DNA of 63,886 bases, filler included, from Octopus bimaculoides (lineage: Eukaryota): NCBI RefSeq assembly GCF_001194135.2. It is 6 parts of 6 records of this genome, joined end to end, with 100 filler letters (N's around TTAATTAATTAA, not from the genome) between each part and the next. Parts side by side here need not be neighbours in the genome. Positions count along the whole stretch, not along the records: positions 44,871 to 60,991 come from NC_068996.1; positions 61,092 to 63,886 come from NC_068981.1; 4 more parts are not named here. One strand, given 5' to 3'. A model generated the notes under the pieces. The model worked only from the letters and a program-made list of their open reading frames with translations. It was not told where the DNA came from and did not search any database. Shown here piece by piece: positions 53,724 to 63,886 of this stretch. The translations under genes were made by a program, and so were the position numbers. Every line of letters starts with the position of its first letter. Position 1 is the stretch's first letter.

Positions 53724-54042
53724 GGCGCAGGAGTGGCTGTGTGGTAAGTAGCTTGCTTACCAACCACATGGTTCTGGGTTCAGTCCCACTGTGTGGCACC
53801 TTGGGCAAGTGTCTTCTACTATAGCCTCGGGCCGACCAAAGCCTTGTGAGTGGATTTGGTAGACGGAAACTGAAAGAAGCTTGTCGTATATATGTATAAA
53901 TGTGTGTATATGTTTGTGTATCTGTGTTTGTCCCCCCAACATCGCTTGACAACTGATGCTGGTGTGTTTACGTCCCCGTAACTTTGCGGTTCAGCAAAAA
54001 GAGACCGATAGACTAAGTACTAGGCTTCCAAAGAGTAAGTCC
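53724..54042 (+). mobile_element. SINE family A copy (3' end in gap)
   Basis: Highly similar to 50692-51098. Confidence 0.9.
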
Positions 54043-54271
54043 TNNNNNNNNNNNNNNNNNNNNNNNNNNNNNNNNNNNNNNNNNNNNNNNNNNNNNNNNN
54101 NNNNNNNNNNNNNNNNNNNNNNNNNNNNNNNNNNNNNNNNNNNNNNNNNNNNNNNNNNNNNNNNNNNNNNNNNNNNNNNNNNNNNNNNNNNNNNNNNNNN
54201 NNNNNNNNNNNNNNNNNNNNNNNNNNNNNNNNNNNNNNNNNNNNNNNNNNNNNNNNNNNNNNNNNNNNNNN

Positions 54272-54305
<34 letters not shown>

Positions 54306-56780
54306 TAATGGTTGTGTTTGCCAAATAATCATGTTCTGTAGTGTAGGAAGGTTTACAAAAGATTGAGAACACAGCTGCTCTCCATTAAACTACTGAATGA
54401 ATTGTTATATATGTATTTGATACATACATATATATGTATGTATGTGTGTTTCTATATATATATATATGATTGCTGCATGCTCAGAAACACAGAAACAGTC
54501 ATTAACATACAGATGTGTACACATGCATATACATGTGTGTGTGTGGGAAGTTACATTCACATGTGTGTCACATACAATGTTTTCTTTGCCGCCTTATCAA
54601 TTTGGACAGATGGCGAAGGAATGGCTACAATGGAAATACACATTGACATTGTGAACTCCTTTACCAGGCAGACCGTTGTTACTTACCTTCAGTAAGACCG
54701 ATTTCAGGGAAAAGAATAAGGATAAATGCAACTGTAACTCAGTTTGCACAATATGGGGAGAGTGAAGGAGAAAAGGTTGGTGCAACCAAGATTTAATGCA
54801 GGTACAGTGAGCATAAGAATTGACAACGCCTACCATTTTGTTGTCTGTAACAACACACATGCAGGGAAATTAAGCTTCTGTAGTAACATATTACCAGCAT
54901 AAACATTTATATTGAAAGAAAATACAAGACATGCAACGATATATTTTGCGGCTGTTCATTTTTTCTTTTCCCATGCATTCCTCTCTTTTTTTTTTTTTTA
55001 ATCAGTTCTTAGTTTTGCTTTATATTGTTTATTCTAGAAACAAATACAAAAGTAAATTCTTTGAGAATTTTACATTTTTTTCTTTTAAAAATAAAAAAAG
55101 GTAGATTATTGTTGGTTTTTTTTTAGATTTATTTTTTTTACTCATACACACACACACATATTTATTTATCTATACCCATGTATATATACATGTGTGTATA
55201 TGTTTGTTTCTATATATGTATGTGTGTGTGTCTATATGTATGTATCTGCATGTACACGCATAGATGTTGTTATTTGTTTTTGAATTTGTATTTTCTGATA
55301 ATAAAAGGCATTTTTGTTTTGCTTTGAATTTTATTTGTGAACAGACCTTGAATCAATGGAATGAGATATATGAAGCAGGATGAGAGACAGAGGGAGTTTA
55401 GAGAAATAGAGAATGATGTCGTTGTTGTTGTTATCATTGAGAGAGAGGGAGAGAGAGAGAGAGAGAGAGAGATAGGGAAGGAGGGTAAATAGCCTGTATG
55501 TTTCCCAGTGGTAGCAATTTGACTCTGACAGTCAAATGAATGGCCTTTTTGGGGTGCATGTCTAGATTGTTCGTGTTATAGCAGTACAATCCATATGTGG
55601 CCACTATCAATTGTGGGTCTTACGTTGGCCGGTAGAGTTTAATAATTGATCCTGAGTTTGAGCTTCTGTTAGTACTAAAGAGGAATCTTATTCTTTGTCA
55701 TACAAATTACATCTTAGGTGTGGCAGTGTGGTAAAAAAGTTTGCTTTCCAACTACACCATTCCAGGTTCAGTCCCACTGTGTGTCACCTTGGGCAAGTAT
55801 CATCTACTATAGTCTCAGGCTGGCCGAAACCTTGAGAGTATATTTGTCAGATGGAAACTGATAGAATCTCATGATATATTCTTTTCTTTTATTCTTTTAC
55901 TTGTTTCAGTCTTTTGACTGCAGTCATGCTTAAAAGGGTTTTAGTCAAAGAAATCAACCCCATGACTTATTGTTTGTAAGCCTAATACTTATTCTATTAG
56001 TTTCTTTTGCCAAACTGCTATGTTACAGGGACATAAACACACCAACATCAGTTGTCAAACAATGGTTGTGGGACAAACATAGACACAAAGCCACACACAC
56101 ATAAATATATGCACACATTAATATATATACATATATATATATATGATAAGCTTCTTTCACTTTCCGTGTACCAAATCCACTCACAAGGCTTTGGTCAGCC
56201 CGAAGCTATAATAAAAGACACTTGCCCAAGGTGTCATGCAATGGGACTGAACCCAGAAACGTGATTGGGAAACAAGCTTCTTACCACACAGCTATGCTTG
56301 CACCTACATAAATATATAATTATGTGGTGAAGCAATTACCTGGCCCCTAATTATAATTATATTTATAATTATAGAATATTTGTAAAATTTTACCTATAAA
56401 GGTTAATTTAACGTACCGAGCTACTTGGTAAAATTATTAATTAATTAATTTAATTAATTAATTTTACCCTTTTATTATTAATATATATCTATATCTCCTT
56501 GGTTGTGTGCTAAGAGGTTTGCTTTCTGACTACACATTTCCAGGTGTGCAAGTGTGCACCTTGTGAAAGTGTCTTTTACTATAGCCCTGGGCCAACCAAA
56601 GGCTTGTAAATGGACTTGGTAGACAGAAACTGAAAGAAGCTTTGTTTGTGTGTGTGTGTATGTGTGCATGCATATGTGTGTTCTCACTCTAAGAGATTAT
56701 CAAAATTTGTAAGATTTAATGTTTGGTGATGTTAGGGTTTGTAATTGCATATGTTTGATGTGTAGAAAATGTTTACTTAA

Positions 56781-56970
56781 CTCCTTACCATTCAGATTAC
56801 GCTGTCAAATGCAGTACTTATTTATTAACATCGTTTTGAATTAATCATGCATTATTTTATAGCTTTGAGATTTTGATGTTAATTTTTAAAATGACATTGT
56901 AGGACTGGAATGGGGAATCCAGATCTAGTCACTTTGAACATAAAAGGGGTAGAATATTTTGACTGGTTTA
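56781..56970. mobile_element. Degenerate piggyBac-like MITE (family of 32680)
   Basis: TTAA-CTCCTTACCATTCAGATTAC; body collinear with 32680-32895. Confidence 0.45.
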
Positions 56971-57202
56971 AATACTATAAAGCTTTATATATGACTATAG
57001 GTTTTGATATGCTTGTATGATTAAAGAGTTCTCTTTGCAACTATATTTGTTTTGTACCTTTGGTGTCTTCTGCTACAGCCAAGGCCAACAAATACCCTGT
57101 GACGGGATTTGATAAGCAGAAACAAAAGAGAACCCATCACATACATAGATAAATGTATGTTTGCATATGCTCACAAATGAGTTGGTATATGTATGCGTAT
57201 GC

Positions 57203-57238
<36 letters not shown>

Positions 57239-57491
57239 TGGAAATGTAAAAATAAAAACAAAACACAAAGGATTCTGCGGTACACGTGTTTCAAGCTTTA
57301 TAGTTGTTGCATCATTATTGGTATATAATTGATAGTATAAAGCTATCTTCAGCCGCAAATATATTCTTTCCCAAGAATTATATCACAAAGAAGAAATTAA
57401 AAGAGGGAGAAACATGAGAGATAAAAGGTGAGATTCCACTTGGTATTGTCCATTGTAATATACCTCGTAGAATCTTTAATTTGATATATTT

Positions 57492-57538
<47 letters not shown>

Positions 57539-57671
57539 ATTAGTAGGAATAGAAGACAGCATCATTAACATTTCCATTATTTCATATCCTGCAGTTGTTT
57601 CAGCATCTTCCATGAATCTTCAGAATTATATCATTATTAATAACATAATCATTGTACATGGTATGGGAATG

Positions 57672-57920
57672 TGGAGGCGCGTGGTTTAGTGGTTAGGGTG
57701 ACAACATCATGATCGTAAGATTGTGGTTTCGATTCCTGGACCGGGCGGCACGTTGTGTTCTTGAGCAAAACACTTAATTTCATGTTGCTCCAGTCCACTC
57801 AGCTGGCAAAAATGAGTAACGGTGCGATTGACTGGTGTCCAGTCCAGCTGGGAAACACATACACCATTGAAACCAGGAAACTGGGCCCATCAGCCTGGCT
57901 AGGCTTTAAAAGGGTGCATT
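57672..57920 (+). mobile_element. tRNA-headed SINE, CORE-like body + tail D
   Basis: GGAGGCGCGTGG head, TTGAGCAAAACAC..GCTCCAGTCCACTCAGCTGGCAAAAATGAGTA body, same tail as 21025. Minus copies at about 42880-43085, 43110-43337 and 44270-44610. Confidence 0.8.
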
Positions 57921-57951
57921 TATTTATTATTTATGGTATGGGAATCATCTC

Positions 57952-58010
<59 letters not shown>

Positions 58011-58039
58011 CTATATATATATATATCTGAAGAGCTGTC

Positions 58040-58480
58040 TAGGCTTCATGTCTGTTTTGATAAGGTTTCTGTAACTGGATGCCCTTTCTAATGCCAACCA
58101 CTTCACAGAATGTTCTGGGTGCTTTTATGCAGTATCGGCATTGGTGACTTTATGTGGCACCAGTACCCACGAGCCCACAAAATTAAGATCACTCAGTTGG
58201 AGAGAGATGCAGGGGACATGCCTGTATGCAACAACAACCATGATTTCATTTGGCTTGATGTGTCTTCTCAAGCAAACAAATTCTTCTCTATAGGCCCATC
58301 GTCTGAAGATTCTTTCTCACTACTTTGTCTCATGTATTCCTGGGTGTACCCCTTCTACACATTCTCTCTACAATGAGAGATCAGCACTTCTTGATGCAAC
58401 TGTCTTCATTCATATGCAGTACATGACTGTACCATATGGCTACACTTGACCAATATCTGACATCCTCTGTGGCTCTGTGA
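58040..58480 (-). mobile_element. Degenerate RTE LINE 3' end
   Basis: Reverse-complement similarity to 41047-41705 (GGATGCCCTTTCTAATGCCAACCAC; GTCTTCTCAAGCA). Confidence 0.6.
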
Positions 58481-59171
58481 ATGTATTGACTTGTCTGTCC
58501 TCTGTGGCATATCATTGAGTGGATATGAGGTAAATGAAATACTGGTTCAGTACCTAATATTTTTGGGGAATTAATTTCCTTAAAATTATAGGTATATATT
58601 TAAACATATGAAACATTCAGGATATATTTTTTCCCTCTGAAGATATTATGCTCAGGGCATATGAATTTAATATTTAATTAATTCACTGAGTATTAATTGT
58701 AAAGGATGATGATTGATTTGTTGTTAATAATAAAAACAATTATTAACTTCCCAATCTCCATTTTCTTTTTTCCTTCTTATATATATANNNNNNNNNNNNN
58801 NNNNNNNNNNNNNNNNNNNNNNNNNNNNNNNNNNNNNNNNNNNNNNNNNNNNNNNNNNNNNNNNNNNNNNNNNNNNNNNNNNNNNNNNNNNNNNNNNNNN
58901 NNNNNNNNNNNNNNNNNNNNNNNNNNNNNNNNNNNNNNNNNNNNNNNNNNNNNNNNNNNNNNNNNNNNNNNNNNNNNNNNNNNNNNNNNNNNNNNNNNNN
59001 NNNNNNNNNNNNNNNNNNNNNNNNNNNNNNNNCTGATCGAATTCTAAGAGAATTATCTCTATAAACCACTCACTTAATCAAGAATATAACACACACTACT
59101 CACTACTTCCCAAAGTATTGAGTCCTTTACTTTGACATATGTAAGCCATATTATCTTTCTTTCTGTTGTAG

Positions 59172-59274
59172 CTGCTGTCATGTTTGCTTTCCCCGATCAT
59201 ATTACCATGAAGAAAGTGGTAAATGCTCTACCAAGGGTTGGTATTGGAATACGCTATGGTCTGAACCAGGCTAG
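59172..59274 (+). CDS. NBEA: Neurobeachin/LRBA-family BEACH protein, next exon (end of PH domain)
   Basis: Acceptor ttctgttgtag|CT, donor GCTAG|GTAAAA. Phase-compatible with 52414. TAVMFAFPDHITMKKVVNALPRVGIGIRYGLNQAR matches the recalled NBEA segment [35 protein letters not shown]. Not present in the ORF track. Confidence 0.95.
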
Positions 59275-59443
59275 GTAAAAATACCAGTTTATATTTTTAT
59301 TTGTTCTTGTTCCTTGTTGATTTTTTTTTGTTATGTTTTGTTTCTTCAGTCTTTAATATTATTTTGTGTATAATATTAAATTTTAATTTCGTTTTTGGAT
59401 TTGGTTTGCAAGATTCATTATGTGAGTTTGTGTGTTGAAGCAT

Positions 59444-59657
59444 ATTCTGTTGTATCTGGGGAGAGTCATTCTCTTTTGGTGCCTTATAATTTAACACACT
59501 CGACAATAAAATTTCCTCTTAAAAAACTATTGAAAAGGTTGCAAGACGCAACGAAAATTTTAGAAAAGTAACGAAGAAATAAGTGGAAATTTTAGTAGTG
59601 AGTGTGTTAAGTTATAAGGCACAAAAAGAGAATGACTCTCCCCAGACACAGCAGAAT
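59444..59657. mobile_element. MITE-like element with 58-bp terminal inverted repeats
   Basis: 59444-59501 and 59600-59657 are reverse complements with 4 mismatches; superfamily not determined. Confidence 0.65.
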
Positions 59658-59898
59658 TAAATTTTAAGATAACAGATAATGTAACTACTCTATCAATTTA
59701 TCAAGCCAGTCATCTTATTTGGAATCTAAAATAAATTAAAAATGAATATATCTTTGTAGACAACAAAATTTAATATTCATCCAGGTGTAATACATTTCAC
59801 TTCATATTAAGACAAATTTTTGTCATTGGTGGAAGACAGATGTCTATCATAAGAATGTATTACTTATTCCCATTTTTACATGTGTGTCACTACTTGTT

Positions 59899-60473
59899 TG
59901 TGTGTGTGTAACCAACAGAGGCTTGTTAGCTGAAACTTCAAAGTCATTGTCACCCCTCTTCTAGTAAAAGAATAATTAGTATATGCTATGTGAAAAATGT
60001 TGAATAATTCTTCAGTTTAATGTTAAATTGTTTTTATATATAACTTAACAAACATTAATGTATGTATGTAAGTGTATATATATAGATGAAAATGAAATAA
60101 TGTCTTGAAATTTACATGAAAAGAAAAATACAAGTAAATGTATTAGTTTAATGCTGAGAGAAATAGAAAAACATTGAATGCTTTTTTGTGTGTGTGTAAC
60201 CAACAGAGGCTTGTTAGCTGAAACTTCAAAGTCATTGTCACCACTCTTCTAGTAAAAGAATAATTAGTATGTGCTATGTGAAAAATGTTGAATAATTCTT
60301 CAGTTTAATGGTAAATTGTTTTTATATATAACTTAACAAACATTAATGTATGTATGTAAGTGTATATATATAGATGAAAATGAAATAATGTCTTGAAATT
60401 TACATGAAAGGAAAAATACAAGTAAATGTATTAGTTTAATGCTGAGAGAAATAGAAAAACATTGAATGCTTTT
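59899..60473 (+). repeat. Tandem duplication, 288-bp period, two copies
   Basis: Second copy starts 288 bp after the first; 4 substitutions seen between copies. Confidence 0.9.
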
Positions 60474-60762
60474 CATCAGAAAACCTTCATCAGAAAGGCA
60501 GATTAAGAGAAAAAGACAGTAAAAATAAAAGAAAATTGTATATACTTAAGTGGCTGCATGTGCGTCTCACATCAGTGTCATTGGGTGGGGAGCACATGCA
60601 CGCACACACGAGGTGTGTGTATATGCATGTATACATGCACTTGTATGCAGAAGTCTTAGGCATATGCTATTTTGCTATTTTTAACTTATTTTAAGTACAT
60701 ATTGTAACAACCATGTTAGAAAACACTTACCCAAGCTATTGTACATTGAGACTGAAGACGGA

Positions 60763-60991
60763 ACCACAGATGCCTTATTTCTAGTGAGACAGTTGCAGGA
60801 GAAATACCTAGCTAAGGATAAACCTCTGTACCTGGCTTTTGTTGACATGGAGAAAGCCTTTGACAGGGTCCCCCGATCCCTTATCTGGTGGTCAATGAGG
60901 AAACTTGGGATAGAAGAATGGTTAGTGAGAGCTGTGCGAGCCATGTACAGAGATGCTGCCAGTAAGGTGAGGGTTGGAAATGAGTACAGCA
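60763..60991 (+). mobile_element. RTE-type LINE reverse transcriptase fragment
   Basis: TTDALFLVRQLQEKYLAKDKPLYLAFVDMEKAFDRVPRSLIWWSMRKLG, the non-LTR RT motif FVD.EKAFD.V; stop-free up to an assembly join. Confidence 0.9.
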
Positions 60992-61091
60992 NNNNNNNNN
61001 NNNNNNNNNNNNNNNNNNNNNNNNNNNNNNNNNNNTTAATTAATTAANNNNNNNNNNNNNNNNNNNNNNNNNNNNNNNNNNNNNNNNNNNN
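60992..61091. other. Assembly join placeholder
   Basis: Same 44+12+44 layout. Confidence 0.9.
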
Positions 61092-61155
<64 letters not shown>

Positions 61156-62038
61156 TGTATGTATGTATGTATGTATGCATGCATGCATGTATGTATGTAT
61201 GCATGTTTTTATATTTCGAGTAGGCATCGCGAGGCCAATAACCAAATTGAATATACGTATGTTTCAGAACGAAGTGTTGGCTGAGTATAGATCGGTAATA
61301 AGAAAAAGAGATGAAGAAGGAATAAATTATTATCGTATGAAGTTCATTAGCTTACAACGGTTTCTGCTACAAGATGACTACCTAAATAACTTAATATATA
61401 GCTTTATCAGAGCCTCGAATATGAAGTGCAATTTATTTGGGAAAGAATTACATTTCATACACATGACAGATAGATAGATAGATAGTTTTCTTTGTATCGT
61501 CTGTCTGGATGTTTTGCGCTCTTTTCCCATTTTTGTATTTTTATATTTATAAAATATAGCGGTGTACGTACACTTTGGTCTCTTATATATGTATATGTGT
61601 NNNNNNNNNNATATGTATATATATATGCATGCACATATATATGTGGGGGGTGCATACATGCGTGTTTTAGTCAAAAGTGTAAGTGGTATCTGTACACCTA
61701 GACAGGACATCAAAGGCTGATGGTAGGCAAGAAAGAAGGTATCCACAAATAGGATACTTGCTCCGAATGTTTACAACGGAATGGACTAAGCTAAAGGCTC
61801 CTTAAATATCAGGTGGTGGTGTTAACCAGGTGATGAATTAAACCTACCATCCATGTAGCCCATAGCGGGATTTGAACTCAAGACGAAAGAAACTGAAACT
61901 GATACTATAAGGCGTTTTGTTTAGCACTTTGACAATTCTGTTAATCTACTACTCTTGACTTGTAACTTATTTATGGGGGCCGAATGGATAAATGGTAAAG
62001 TAGACCTTGGCAGAACTTAGTTCGTAGAGAGTGTGCAA

Positions 62039-62226
62039 GGGTATCACGAAAGGCCTGTTTGGAGGGCCAACCTTCCGAGTTCTTTTAAAGGGCTTAGAAA
62101 AACTGAAGGACCGCTGTAATAAGTGTGTGAACCTGAGGGGGAATTTGTTGAATAAAACCATAATTAACTACTGATCTTCCTGTATTTTCTTGTACCCCAA
62201 ACCAGGAACTTTTCAGCACCCCTTCG
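62039..62226 (-). mobile_element. Mariner-derived MITE, truncated second copy
   Basis: Reverse complement of the 30921-31140 body; ends CCAGGAACTTTTCAGCACCCCTTCG-TA. Confidence 0.65.
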
Positions 62227-62251
62227 TATGTAGAGAATAGCTGTTGTATAA

Positions 62252-63100
62252 TTGACACACCGAAAGCCATTTGCTAAATTAAAGGAAGTCGTTGAAAACA
62301 ACACAGTACTAAAATTCAACACCCAGACCTGTGCAAATAAAACGTGTAACAATACAATGGCTCCATTTTCAGATATGAACATTAAAATAGATAATGTCAC
62401 GTTTGTTGCAGAAATTATACTAATACACACATATGCTTACATAGAGACAGCAAGTGTCCACCTAGATAAAAAAAAGCTTCACTAGTATGATCACAACATA
62501 GAAGAACATTTAGATTCCTTTCCACAAACGAAGCAGCAAATAGATAATCCCACAAAATAAAACACACACTAATCAACAGCAGTTATTCCAAAAGCCTACC
62601 GGACCAAGTCATAGAACAATACTACTAGAAATATAATAAATACATGTAACGCTATGTTTATTGAAAATGAATGACGCAGAAAGTGTGTTATGGGAACCAA
62701 ACGCAAACTAACAATAATATAGATGAATACATGATAAAAAACATCATAGAACAGCACAAAATGAATCACACCAAAACGTAATCTAATATATTACTGCAAA
62801 TACGTTAAAATTAAAACAATTTTTTATCATTAACAAAATCACGAACATGTAAACCTGCGATCAATTTAGTTATGACATGAAAGTTATTAACTTCAAGACT
62901 CCAACAGTTATGTTGACAATATAAGTACAAATCTCCTGCTGGTTCATCCACATACCCGCAAAAAGAAGCAATTGCAGAATACGAAACAAAACTAAACTGA
63001 AAAACATCAAGGAACAATGAAAAACACAGCTGTATTCTATATAATTTCTCACAAAAATAAGCGATTAATGATGATAGAAATACTTATTGCACAGTACGTT
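62252..63100 (+). mobile_element. Decayed Penelope-like element ORF (RT thumb to GIY-YIG region)
   Basis: Frameshifted peptides LKEVVENNTVLKF..PFSDMNI, YGNQTQTNNNIDEYMIKNIIEQH, NLIYYCK and KNKRLMMIEILI resemble recalled Penelope motifs (L...E.NSVLKF..E....LPFLDV; YRNQM..NYK.DE..IK.II; KL.IYY; L.I.EAL.I). Pattern recognition only. Confidence 0.55.
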
Positions 63101-63135
63101 GCTAAATATAACACAGACAAAATACACTAGTCAAA

Positions 63136-63166
<31 letters not shown>

Positions 63167-63229
63167 CATACATGCATACATATACGTAACATATGGTATA
63201 TGTATATCTATAATAATAAATGGATAATT

Positions 63230-63886
63230 TGTGTTTGTGAATTTGTTACATTAATTCCTCCGAGACTATCCAACAGACCTTCATGAAACTTGACGTGTGT
63301 GTGTGTGTGTGTGTGTGGGGGGCTTATGTCCATGCGGTCATTTACGCACTTGGAATTTTTAAAAAAATCGATTTTTAATCAGCATCGATTTTGCAAAAAT
63401 CGTAAAATTTCGGTATTTTCGCACTAGCCATCGTGACATCAATTTGACGTATATGTTTCATGGCTATCAACAGACAGCGTATTAACGGTAATCTATTTAG
63501 CATTTGCTAATTCTTCATTTCACTGCGAATTGCTTTGATTTGCTAAAACTTATTTCAATTCATTGGTTTAATTCCCCAGCGTTTCAGGTTTTGATTAGGT
63601 GAGACTATTTTATTTCTCAAGCAAATTGTAAGCATTTTGCGCATTAGCCATCGTGACATCAACTTGACGAAAGCTGCCCCAAAGCGTAAAATTTCGCCAT
63701 TTTACGCACATGCACAAAAATGACGACAACATGGGTTCGCTACCAAACTCTGCTCATTTTTTCCTCAAATTGGTCCTACCCATTAATATAGATTTTAACT
63801 TTTTGAAAAACGTCGAAATTTGACGAAAAGTGTTTCATGGCTATAAACAGATTTCTTATTAACGGTAATTTTTTACCGGGTACCTC
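63230..63886. mobile_element. Putative non-autonomous Helitron/Helentron-like element with internal direct repeats (runs off window)
   Basis: Starts TTAATTCCTCCGAGACTATCCAACAGACCTTCATGAAACTTGAC followed by (GT)n; CpG-rich; TAGCCATCGTGACATCAA.TTGACG at 63425 and 63645. Confidence 0.35.

Noticed and set aside
56420-56468. AT-rich palindrome GGTAAAATT...AATTTTACC
   Set aside because: Low-complexity TTAA expansion with no other support.
52415-59171. Nested mab-21 gene in the NBEA intron
   Set aside because: No long antisense ORF or Mab-21-like peptide is present in the sequenced part.
61278-61477. Open frame NEVLAEYRSVIRKRDEEG... after tttcag
   Set aside because: It does not resemble the expected next NBEA exon (R.SL..P.QL...SNMTQRWQRREISNF), lies beyond a join and has no recognisable homology.

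Overview
AT-rich, microsatellite-dense animal genomic DNA with many N gaps. The repeat families point to an octopod cephalopod draft assembly (inference). Two intron-containing genes are recognisable on the + strand. One is the 5' part of an ANKEF1-like ankyrin/EF-hand gene (coding exons 1669-1704, 5223-5409 running into a gap, and 7695-7968). The other is two consecutive PH-domain exons of a neurobeachin/LRBA-family BEACH gene (52297-52414, 59172-59274). Five identical 100-bp placeholders (44 N + TTAATTAATTAA + 44 N) are assembly joins, so adjacency across them is uncertain. The rest is tRNA-headed SINEs, RTE-type LINE fragments, DNA-transposon MITEs (piggyBac-, mariner-, hAT- and Merlin-like, some nested), a decayed Penelope-like ORF and simple repeats. 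The most interesting signal is a set of type I hammerhead-ribozyme motifs with palindromic stem III. They sit in three head-to-head inverted elements (2178-2563, 9455-10123, 13249-13640), one of which has tRNA-derived heads, suggesting Penelope-associated or retrozyme-like non-autonomous elements. Protein and repeat-family identifications come from recalled family motifs, not from database searches. Most ORFs in the supplied track are artefacts of microsatellites and N runs.
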